Position numbers and translations under genes: made by a program. The notes beneath the pieces are model-generated. The model searched no databases and was not told the DNA's origin. It worked only from the letters and a program-made list of their open reading frames with translations. DNA of 39,688 bases from a virus: IMG/VR virus record IMGVR_UViG_3300010939_000031; one strand, 5' to 3'. This document shows, piece by piece, positions 26,113 through 32,803 of the stretch; position 1 is the first letter of the stretch, and each line of letters begins with the position of its first letter.

Positions 26113-26478
26113 CTACTTAGCGTTGGGCGCCTTTCCGCTACCTGCGCAGCGGCCACACTGACGGTATTTTTCGCCCTCAATGTGGTGCCAGCCGTACCAC
26201 TCTTGCCCAGTCCCAGCGCACGTCGAACAGTTCCCCGTTTCGGCTTCGTGGCTCAGTCGTTCGGTCTGCTCTTCCGCATCCGTCACCACGCAGGTGTGAG
26301 TAACGTTATCCCATCGCTTATGGCCCTTGTTCTTTCCTCGCGTCAGCAACCGGTACGGGCCACCCCTATAAACAGTCGCGTCCGGGTCGATTCGCGTCCA
26401 GCCGCAAATAGCCCAATTCTCAGGCAGCGCGCCCAGCTTTCGGCGCACCACAACTTCTGCATAATTCGGTCTTCCCAT
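26113..26478 (-). CDS. Hypothetical protein with a DnaJ-type zinc finger (2x CxxCxGxG)
   Basis: CSTCAGTG and CGRCAGSG in the C-terminal 45 residues. Confidence 0.55.
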   Translation of the reverse strand: MGRPNYAEVVVRRKLGALPENWAICGWTRIDPDATVYRGGPYRLLTRGKNKGHKRWDNVTHTCVVTDAEEQTERLSHEAETGNCSTCAGTGQEWYGWHHIEGEKYRQCGRCAGSGKAPNAK

Positions 26479-26511
26479 CGGTCTTTCCTCTCCGGGCCTG
26501 TGCCCAACAAA

Positions 26512-26787
26512 TCATTCCAGCGGACGGCTTTGCCGCTCGCTGAATTCTGCGTTAGCCACCTTAAAGTCGTGCATCTCACACATCCCGTGTTCCGTCCAGT
26601 TGCTATGCGCAGTTCCTTTAAATTCTGGTGCGGCGCAAATATAGCCTTTCGGCAAATCACAAACGCACTTCCCAATCTTCTCGCGCAACATAGGCGCAGT
26701 TGTGCAATGGTGGTGGTCTGTCAATCTGTACCTGCAAGTACAGCAACACCGTCCGTTCCATTCAGCTTTTTGGCACTTATCTTCCAT
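26512..26787 (-). CDS. Cys/His-rich hypothetical protein
   Basis: 91 aa with 11 Cys (CCCTC, HHHC, CVC, C..C motifs). Confidence 0.5.
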   Translation of the reverse strand: MEDKCQKAEWNGRCCCTCRYRLTDHHHCTTAPMLREKIGKCVCDLPKGYICAAPEFKGTAHSNWTEHGMCEMHDFKVANAEFSERQSRPLE

Positions 26788-26864
26788 GTCATCCTCTCAT
26801 CAGTGGCTAACACTACGTTCAAGGGGCGACTGGCGAAAAGCCGCCAGCGCCCTTAACTCAGCCG

Positions 26865-27059
26865 TTAGCCGCCACCGCACGTAACCTCATATGGAGGTCT
26901 CACAAACATTGGCGCAGGAGTTGTTGAAAACCTTTGTTTTTCTCGCCGCGCCTCTAAAAGCATCTCAGTTAATTGCTGCGGGGTTTTTTCAACCCAGTCG
27001 CCCTTTGGCGTAGAGCGCCAGTGCAATACGCCATTAATAAAGCTTTCTTCGTAATACAT
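26865..27059 (-). CDS. Hypothetical protein
   Basis: 64 aa; strong RBS AAGGGGGTGAG 5 nt before the ATG. Confidence 0.5.
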   Translation of the reverse strand: MYYEESFINGVLHWRSTPKGDWVEKTPQQLTEMLLEARREKQRFSTTPAPMFVRPPYEVTCGGG

Positions 27060-27158
27060 TTCTCACCCCCTTCTACGTCTAACACACCGTTCAACCTTCG
27101 TTCGCTACGCTCACCGGACTGGCTACGCCAGCCGGGTTAACTTGGGTGTTGGGCCGCA

Positions 27159-27440
27159 TCACAGCGATGCTTCCTGCTTCATCCGCCCTTCCAGTGAAGG
27201 CGCGTCCACAGGCTCACCGGGCAACCCCTGCCCTGAATACCTTAAACTCTCGACTTCGTGCGCCAACTTCAGCGCCTGAGAATTGTCGCCCGATCCCTCG
27301 CTATAAGAGGTTGTCATAATCTTGTTCATCGCCTCGCGCATTCCCTTCAGCGTCGACGGCATTGTGTAGTATTTCAACGCCGATCCTGAAGCGCGCAACA
27401 CTTCATCAAGTGCGGCGTCTACTTTTTCTTGCGGTATCAT
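27159..27440 (-). CDS. Hypothetical early protein (93 aa)
   Basis: I prefer ATG 27440 (MIPQEKVDAALDEVL...). The track start at 27473 would put the first 11 codons inside the IS left-end hairpin. Confidence 0.5.
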   Translation of the reverse strand: MIPQEKVDAALDEVLRASGSALKYYTMPSTLKGMREAMNKIMTTSYSEGSGDNSQALKLAHEVESLRYSGQGLPGEPVDAPSLEGRMKQEASL

Positions 27441-27456
27441 CAAAGCCCCCGTGAAA

Positions 27457-27477
27457 CCCCTGCCTTTAGGCATGGGG
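27457..27477 (+). repeat. Left-end subterminal hairpin (IS608-like, bulged T)
   Basis: cccctgcc-TTTA-ggca-T-gggg. It is nested in an outer gccccc (27445-27450) / gggggc (27484-27489) stem followed by gTTTTcT. Confidence 0.7.
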
Positions 27478-27504
27478 AGGTAAGGGGGCGGTTTTCTATT
27501 GTGC

Positions 27505-27532
27505 TTGACATTGCGCTAAACTCCTCTATACT
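27505..27532 (+). promoter_or_regulatory. Near-consensus sigma70 promoter for tnpB inside the left end
   Basis: TTGACA 27505-27510, 16-nt spacer, TATACT 27527-27532. ATG lies 7 nt further on (27540) with no SD. Confidence 0.55.
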
Positions 27533-27539
27533 TGACAAC

Positions 27540-28649
27540 ATGAAACTGGTAGCCAACCTCAAACTGAAGCCAACCAAAGAGCAAGAGCAGATGCTGAAGG
27601 CTACGCTTGAGCGCTGCAACGAAGCCTGTAATTGGCTTTCTGGTCAGGCTTGGGAAGCTAAGATTTTCAGGCAATACGATCTGCACAAACTTTGTTACCA
27701 CGAACTTCGCGCCAAGTTTGAGATAACGGCTCAGGTAGCTGTACGTTGCATTGCCAAGGTCGCGGATTCGTACAAGGTTGACCAAAAGACACAGCGCACT
27801 TTCCGCAAACATTCCGCACAGCCATACGATGACCGCATCCTTCGCTTTTGTGCGGATGATGTTGTGTCGATCTGGCTTGTGTCCGGGCGCGAGAAAATCG
27901 CCTACGCTTGCGGCGATCACCAGCGCGAACTTCTCAAATACAGAAAGGGCGAAGTTGACCTGATGTTCGTGCGCGGCAAGTGGTATCTCGCGGCTGTTTG
28001 TGACTTCGACGACCCCAAGCTGCTTACCCCGAATGGTGTGCTTGGTGTGGATTTCGGAATCGTTAGCATTGCCACCGACAGCATTGGCAACCAATACTCC
28101 GGCGCGAAGGTTGAAGCGAACCGGCAACGATACGCCAAACGCCGAGCAACATTGCAGCGTGTAGGCACCAGAGCAGCAAAGAGCCGCCTTCGCAAGATGA
28201 GCGGCAAGCAACAAAGGTTTCAAAAGCACGAGAACCACTGTATTTCCAAAGCAATCGTTTCCACTGCTGAACGCTCCTGCCTGGGTATTGCTCTCGAAGA
28301 TTTGACGCATATCCGTTCGCAGGTTAAGGCCAGAAAAAAGCAGCGCAACCGATTGCACAACTGGGGCTTCGGCCAGCTTCGAGACTTTGTAGAGTACAAA
28401 GCCAAGCGAGCCGGAGTTCCCGTTACGATTGTCGATCCACGTAACACCAGCCGAACTTGCGCTGAATGCGGGCATATCGACAAGCGCAACAGGAAAACCC
28501 AGCCCGAGTTTCTGTGTGTCGCCTGCGGGCATAGTTCTAACGCCGACGACAACGCAGCCCGGAACATTTCCGGGAAGGGTAGCTTTGTAAATCTGCCTAT
28601 GTTCGCGCATACGTTTGCCCCGTGTGCAGTGGAAAGCCCCCGGCTTTAG
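27540..28649 (+). CDS. tnpB: TnpB (IS605 OrfB-type RNA-guided nuclease), 369 aa
   Basis: N-terminus MKLVANLKLKPTKEQEQML. RuvC-I GVDFG, RuvC-II ALEDL, Zn finger CAECGH...CVACGH, RuvC-III NADDNAARNI. The TTG-27429 extension in the track crosses the hairpin and is rejected. Confidence 0.9.
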   Translation: MKLVANLKLKPTKEQEQMLKATLERCNEACNWLSGQAWEAKIFRQYDLHKLCYHELRAKFEITAQVAVRCIAKVADSYKVDQKTQRTFRKHSAQPYDDRILRFCADDVVSIWLVSGREKIAYACGDHQRELLKYRKGEVDLMFVRGKWYLAAVCDFDDPKLLTPNGVLGVDFGIVSIATDSIGNQYSGAKVEANRQRYAKRRATLQRVGTRAAKSRLRKMSGKQQRFQKHENHCISKAIVSTAERSCLGIALEDLTHIRSQVKARKKQRNRLHNWGFGQLRDFVEYKAKRAGVPVTIVDPRNTSRTCAECGHIDKRNRKTQPEFLCVACGHSSNADDNAARNISGKGSFVNLPMFAHTFAPCAVESPRL

Positions 28650-28665
28650 CCGTGGGGTTATTTAC
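28500..28665 (+). ncRNA. Predicted omega RNA (reRNA) scaffold overlapping the tnpB 3' end and right end; 5' limit not determinable
   Basis: By analogy to characterised TnpB systems. The 3' hairpin is at 28637-28657, and the guide would start just after about 28665. Confidence 0.4.
28637..28657 (+). repeat. Right-end subterminal hairpin (IS608-like, bulged T)
   Basis: cccccggc-TTTA-gccg-T-gggg preceded by AAAG and followed by ttatTTACatc. Confidence 0.7.
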
Positions 28666-28877
28666 ATCTTTTTTATCCTCAGCACAATCCCATCCCAGCA
28701 CATGCACCCCATCATTATGGATGGCTCAATATCAACAACCTCATACTCGGCGGCGTCATCTTCAACTTCCACCCTTACAGAAGATGGCATTTCATGTGAT
28801 GAGATATTCCCCGCGCCGTCGCACCCCACCTCCTCGGCAATTGTTGCTACACGGCCGGCGAATTGTTTTACTAGCAT
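28662..28877 (-). CDS. Hypothetical acidic protein (71 aa); its stop codon lies in the IS right end
   Basis: ORF ends ...LRIKKM-TAA, with the TAA at 28662-28664 inside the TTAC of the IS end. Confidence 0.45.
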   Translation of the reverse strand: MLVKQFAGRVATIAEEVGCDGAGNISSHEMPSSVRVEVEDDAAEYEVVDIEPSIMMGCMCWDGIVLRIKKM

Positions 28878-29074
28878 TATTTTTTCCTCAGCAGCAAGCT
28901 AACAACATCTTCGCACCTGTCATCAAGATCGCCATTCATGCATGCGCCCTGAATCTCCAAGCAGATAGCAAATCGCTCATCAAGTCGCGCTTGATTCATC
29001 GCCAGGATGGCGTGGCTTCTTACCAATGCCCCGTGCCCCTCGCTGAAAATGTCAAAAATCTCATCGTTCGTCAT
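28877..29074 (-). CDS. Hypothetical protein (65 aa)
   Basis: ATGA overlap with the next gene. Its ATG is created at the junction of the 53-bp tandem duplication. Confidence 0.45.
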   Translation of the reverse strand: MTNDEIFDIFSEGHGALVRSHAILAMNQARLDERFAICLEIQGACMNGDLDDRCEDVVSLLLRKK

Positions 29075-29126
29075 ACCAATGCCCCGTGCCCCTCGCTGAA
29101 AATGTCAAAAATCTCATCGTTCGTCA
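29021..29126. repeat. Perfect 53-bp tandem duplication (29021-29073 = 29074-29126)
   Basis: taccaatgccccgtgcccctcgctgaaaatgtcaaaaatctcatcgttcgtca occurs twice. It spans the ssb stop and the first 17 codons of the next gene. Confidence 0.95.
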
Positions 29127-29540
29127 AAATGGAATCGAGTCTTCGTCAAAATCTTCAATCTTTTCTTCTGCTGCGGGGCGGCGCCCACCTCCCTGTGAAT
29201 TATCTGAAATTTTAGCGTCTAGTAATTGCATTTCATTGGCAATGATCTTGGTGCTGTAGCGGTCTGCGCCGGTGGCTTTGTCCTGGTATTTTTCAGTTTT
29301 CATGCGCCCTGAAATGTAAAGCTTGGAGCCGACTCTTACATATTTTTCGGCTATTTCGGCCAGTTTATTGAAAGCAACGCAATTCACCCATTCAACAGCC
29401 TCGACCTTTTCTCCGTTTTTGTTTTTGTATTTTTCGTTGACGGCGAGAGAAATATTGGTAACCGCGCCGCCCGAAGGCGCGTACCTGGTTTCAATCTTGC
29501 CAACATTTCCAATGAATGCGCAGTTATTTAGTGATGCCAT
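29124..29540 (-). CDS. ssb: Single-stranded DNA-binding protein
   Basis: OB-fold N-terminus (MASLNNCAFIGNVGK..ETRY..SG....NISLAV) and acidic tail DFDEDSIPF. Confidence 0.9.
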   Translation of the reverse strand: MASLNNCAFIGNVGKIETRYAPSGGAVTNISLAVNEKYKNKNGEKVEAVEWVNCVAFNKLAEIAEKYVRVGSKLYISGRMKTEKYQDKATGADRYSTKIIANEMQLLDAKISDNSQGGGRRPAAEEKIEDFDEDSIPF

Positions 29541-29684
29541 TGTGTTTTCCTTCTGTCTACGGAATATAAAACTTGATTTCAGGTAATGGTATTGAGCAAA
29601 GATGCTCTACGAAAAAATTTCCCTTAGCGGTTAGCCTATAATGCGGCGGGGGAGCCTCATGCAGCGTCCGCCAGATCATGTCTT

Positions 29685-29727
29685 CGGCATTGACATCCTC
29701 CCCGCCCTAAAGGACGGGGAGGATGTC
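29685..29727 (-). mobile_element. Second orphan IS200/IS605-type right-end-like hairpin
   Basis: Minus strand: gacatcct-ccccgtcc-TTTA-gggcgggg-aggatgTCAAtgccg. The stem is 15 bp. The 16-mer gaggatgtcaatgccg is identical to 767-782. Confidence 0.55.
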
Positions 29728-29744
29728 AAGACACCTGTCCTCTT

Positions 29745-30365
29745 CTAGTTAAATTCTTGAATCTCTTTAAGAACCCTATCCCGCTCCACAATTACATTCT
29801 GAATCTGGTCAAATAGCGCATGTATTATAGTCTCGTTGCGATGCTGTCTTATCGTCAGACATGGTAAATTTTCATTATAGAAAAACAGATCACACCAATC
29901 GCGCTCACATACAAAAATCTGCCCTTGCGTCTGCTGAATATAATCAGGCGGACATTTGCCGTGTTTGCGGTAGTATAAAAGCGCCTTGATGTGGTTTTCA
30001 GCCTTGAGGCACTTTATCTCAAGGAGCCCATCGCCATCTATAATACTGTCAGGCGAACACCCATATGTTGCCGCGTCATCTGTCACGAACCCGATAATTT
30101 CAGGGCTGGTGCCGCTCAAAAAGGTGTACATTTTACGCGCCTCATCTTCAAGAGCTTTCCCCCGTTCCGTGTAGGCGTTGCCCTCAAACGATTCGAGCGG
30201 CTTCCCTGCGTACAGCTCACCGGCCAACGTTATGGCGTAGCCACACAAAGACTCTGACTGCTTGCCAGTTGACGTGATGAGCTTACTGAAGCACGAGGCG
30301 GTTGGCATCCCGCTTCTCAGTTTCAGCCACTCTTCCGTGCCCTGTTCGATGTCGTGAGCTATCAC
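29745..30365 (-). CDS. YqaJ-like (lambda Exo-type) recombination exonuclease
   Basis: QGTEEWLKLRSG..TAS......., TERGKALE.EAR..Y, SPD....DGLLEIKC (PD-(D/E)xK motif). Confidence 0.85.
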   Translation of the reverse strand: MIAHDIEQGTEEWLKLRSGMPTASCFSKLITSTGKQSESLCGYAITLAGELYAGKPLESFEGNAYTERGKALEDEARKMYTFLSGTSPEIIGFVTDDAATYGCSPDSIIDGDGLLEIKCLKAENHIKALLYYRKHGKCPPDYIQQTQGQIFVCERDWCDLFFYNENLPCLTIRQHRNETIIHALFDQIQNVIVERDRVLKEIQEFN

Positions 30366-30940
30366 GCGGCGGCCTTTGGTTTTTTGTCGCGCTTGGCGTT
30401 CACCATCGCCACGGCTTTCCCGTATTCGCCAGCCGGTAATTCTCTCAGGGACGCGATTTTGAAATATCCCATAAATGCTTTTTTGTCTCCGCCTACCTCT
30501 TCGAGTAGCGCATCAAGATCGGCGGCTTGGCTTTCGGTTATCAATACTGGCTTACCCGGTTTCCTGTCTCTTGACGCGCTGTTGCCATCATCATCCTCTG
30601 GGGCTATGCCGCACGCGGCCATTAGCGAGTATCTGCGTGCGTATGTCAAGGCCGACCCATATCCTTGCGGGTCAGACTTAACCGCGGGGACATGAAGCCT
30701 GCCGGACTCGATAGACTCACCAGATGAGTGCAAAAACACCGTTTCAACTATAACGCCATCATCGCACTCGTGGCAGCGCTGTATCAGCGCAATTCCTGCG
30801 TCATTCAAAGCGTCAATGACGGCTTCGACGCACGCCGACAAATCGGCATATTTTGATTTAAAATGCGGGTTCGTGTTCGTCTTCAACGCTGGCGCAAAGT
30901 TTTTCTGCGCATTCACCATTGCTGCTGCAATTTCTTTCAT
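30362..30940 (-). CDS. ERF-family single-strand annealing protein
   Basis: AQKNF.PALKTNTNPHFKSKYADLSACVEAV..AL...GIAL.Q, then GSALTYARRYSLMAACGI.PEDDDG. Confidence 0.8.
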   Translation of the reverse strand: MKEIAAAMVNAQKNFAPALKTNTNPHFKSKYADLSACVEAVIDALNDAGIALIQRCHECDDGVIVETVFLHSSGESIESGRLHVPAVKSDPQGYGSALTYARRYSLMAACGIAPEDDDGNSASRDRKPGKPVLITESQAADLDALLEEVGGDKKAFMGYFKIASLRELPAGEYGKAVAMVNAKRDKKPKAAA

Positions 30941-31003
30941 AAATCTCCCATTGTTCCCGCTCTAGTAATTCCTGATACTGCCACCAATCCGCGCCACCCA
31001 CGG

Positions 31004-31417
31004 TCATGAAAACCGATAATAGACGCTAGCAATCCCCGCTATCGCATCCGCCAAATCTGACTGTTGCCAGTCGGCCTTGGCCTCCTGTTCCTCTGAATCG
31101 CGGTATGAGTGGTATTTCCCGGGCAAAACCTTGTCAACGTACGATCTTGCAGAGTCAGTAGCCAGATTTGTCAGGTAGGCTACCAGAGCCACGCGCCCCC
31201 GTTCGCAACCAATCCTGGTCGACTTATCAAAAATACATGCGACCATTTCATTCAATTGCCGCATATCAATCTCGGAAAATGCTTCATCCGCATGGCTTGA
31301 CCGTAGGAATGCGGCAATTATTGCGTCTTCTTCGCCGCCGCAATCGTCGAAAAATTCCGCTCCATCAGACGCGCAACCGTCCAGTAGCTCTGATAAATTT
31401 TTATCTGCATCATTCAT
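31004..31417 (-). CDS. Acidic hypothetical early protein (137 aa)
   Basis: I prefer ATG 31417 (MNDADKNLSELLDG...), which overlaps the upstream stop (ATGA). The longer track ORF begins with an implausible Trp/Cys-rich extension. Confidence 0.45.
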   Translation of the reverse strand: MNDADKNLSELLDGCASDGAEFFDDCGGEEDAIIAAFLRSSHADEAFSEIDMRQLNEMVACIFDKSTRIGCERGRVALVAYLTNLATDSARSYVDKVLPGKYHSYRDSEEQEAKADWQQSDLADAIAGIASVYYRFS

Positions 31418-31718
31418 GGCGACCCACCTTTGCCAGCCGAACCAAAGCCAAAACAAACACAACCAGCCCGGTAACCGACACCAGCCAGCCATTCTTGGCC
31501 TGGCTATACACCATGAACGCCCCGACAACACCGATCCATGCGGCCATGCTGGCGATACAAATCAGGCAGATGCCTGCGCAGCTTCCAATGTCATCATCAC
31601 CTGAGTCGCTTGACCGCACTTGGCCGAATACTTTACGGCGCTTCAGCTTGTATTGCTCTAGGCGCACAAGATTGGCTAAGTCCAGCATTCTCTTCGCGTC
31701 ACGCATATGTATTGTCAT
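31410..31718 (-). CDS. Small membrane protein (two TM segments)
   Basis: Hydrophobic stretches CAGICLICIASMAAWIGVVGAFMVY and WLVSVTGLVVFVLALVRL. Confidence 0.45.
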   Translation of the reverse strand: MTIHMRDAKRMLDLANLVRLEQYKLKRRKVFGQVRSSDSGDDDIGSCAGICLICIASMAAWIGVVGAFMVYSQAKNGWLVSVTGLVVFVLALVRLAKVGRHE

Positions 31719-31729
31719 GTTATCCCCCG

Positions 31730-32005
31730 TTAGATGATGTTATCTGCGCCGTCATCGGGCAGTGATTCAGCCCATGAAATAGCCTCTTTCTTCGTCGAAA
31801 GCTTTACGCAGCGTGACTTCGCGCCGCCCGGTATTTTTACCGCCAAAAATGCCAGGAACATAGCGCAAGTAAAGAATGTCCACCATCCTCCACCTTGGCT
31901 ATAGCTGAACCAAATGCACAGGAGCAAAAACAAGAACGTTACGACATCGGAAGCTATGCTTTCGGCTAGGGTTTCGGTTTTCTCGAAAATTATCATTTCT
32001 TTCAT
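31730..32005 (-). CDS. Small membrane protein (two TM segments)
   Basis: Hydrophobic stretches VVTFLFLLLCIWFSY and WWTFFTCAMFLAFLAV. Confidence 0.45.
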   Translation of the reverse strand: MKEMIIFEKTETLAESIASDVVTFLFLLLCIWFSYSQGGGWWTFFTCAMFLAFLAVKIPGGAKSRCVKLSTKKEAISWAESLPDDGADNII

Positions 32006-32010
32006 TTTCG

Positions 32011-32433
32011 CTATCCCGCCGCCGATGACTTTTCTTCAAGTCCCGGCGTGTACATAACCCGTGCGCCAATCATTCCGTGTTCGACCGTTAAGGTGGGAGC
32101 TACCACCGGTATCCAGCCACCATTGTTGAGCATGTATCCATCCACAAAACCCGCCAGCACGCCAAGGCCGAAAGCGCCGCGCTTGACGATGATCTTTTCT
32201 GCCGCTAAATACTTGGATGATTGCCGAATGCTATTGCGGTATGCTCCGGCCATGAGATTGAAACCGCCCACCTCTTTCTCGAAGCCAAACCCAGGGTTAA
32301 ACTCGTTTTGGCTGCCCCGGTCAAAGTGGTAGCTGATACCGCCAAGGTTTGCCCATGCCGCGGACTCTTCCGCGAAAGCCGCGCTTGCCAGCAGGCTTGC
32401 GCCAATCAACGCAGCGTTTAATGCGTTTCTCAT
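32011..32433 (-). CDS. Secreted / outer-membrane beta-barrel-like protein (140 aa)
   Basis: I prefer ATG 32433: MRNALNAALIGASLLASAAFA signal peptide, then alternating beta pattern (GGISYHFDR...NPGFGFE...). Confidence 0.5.
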   Translation of the reverse strand: MRNALNAALIGASLLASAAFAEESAAWANLGGISYHFDRGSQNEFNPGFGFEKEVGGFNLMAGAYRNSIRQSSKYLAAEKIIVKRGAFGLGVLAGFVDGYMLNNGGWIPVVAPTLTVEHGMIGARVMYTPGLEEKSSAAG

Positions 32434-32705
32434 TGAGCCAACCCCATGTAAACCGACCAGACCGCTATAGCTATCGCCAAAACCCCCATGACAATGACAA
32501 ATTCCCATGTGTCAATGATGCGAAGCATAAACTGTATTATTTTTTTAAGCATTTAACTTATCTCTGCGCCAATTTTCACCGTGCCTTGGACTGCCCTTTG
32601 GCTTAATCTTTGGCCCCACGATTGCCCAGGAGGTCACCTGTATTTGCCAGTTCGCTCGGCCTTGTCTCGGCTTGCTGGCGGCTGTGTGGGTGTTGCGATG
32701 TGTTG

Positions 32706-32749
32706 CTAGATTACCAAAAGGTATATTAAAAGTCAATACTAAATGGTAA
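32706..32749 (-). promoter_or_regulatory. PL-like early-left promoter/operator module (near-copy of the module at 34328-34369)
   Basis: Minus strand: ttaccatttagtaTTGACTtttaatataccttttggTAATCT. 34 of 42 positions match the PR-like module. Confidence 0.5.
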
Positions 32750-32760
32750 ATATTTAGATA

Positions 32761-32786
32761 TAAAAAAACCGCCAATTAAGGCGGTT
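32761..32786 (-). terminator. Intrinsic terminator ending the repressor/OMP transcription unit
   Basis: Minus strand: aaccgcc-ttaatt-ggcggtt followed by T7. Confidence 0.7.
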
Positions 32787-32803
32787 CTTGTTTGAGGCCG
32801 TGG

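Larger units (their letters stand above)
27441..28665 (+). mobile_element. IS200/IS605-family element carrying tnpB only (no tnpA); boundaries approximate
   Basis: Two subterminal hairpins with identical architecture flank tnpB: 4 bp, bulged T, 4 bp, TTTA loop. The element is inserted between two minus-strand early genes. Confidence 0.75.

Noticed and set aside
26182-26856. 224-aa plus-strand ORF overlapping two minus-strand genes
   Set aside because: It has a Ser/Arg/Pro/Leu-rich antisense-type composition. The minus-strand ORFs carry real motifs (CxxCxGxG) and fit the operon direction.
27085-27115. Hairpin ccggactggctacgccagccgg (with a bulged base) as another IS end
   Set aside because: It has no TTTA loop, no conserved flanks and no TCAA or TTAC at the expected distances. 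It is more likely an ordinary intercistronic stem-loop.
27429-27539. TTG-initiated N-terminal extension of TnpB given in the ORF track
   Set aside because: It would start outside the element and translate through the left-end hairpin and the promoter. TnpB homologues begin at the MKLVANLKLKPT-type N-terminus (ATG 27540).
27516-28610. 364-aa ORF antisense to tnpB
   Set aside because: It is a shadow ORF of a gene with clear TnpB motifs. The translated sequence is low-complexity (Leu/Ala/Ser/Arg-rich) with no motif.
29637-29642. TATAAT in the exo-ssb spacer as the promoter of a plus-strand antisense RNA
   Set aside because: There is no acceptable -35 or extended -10 at the right spacing. The evidence is insufficient.
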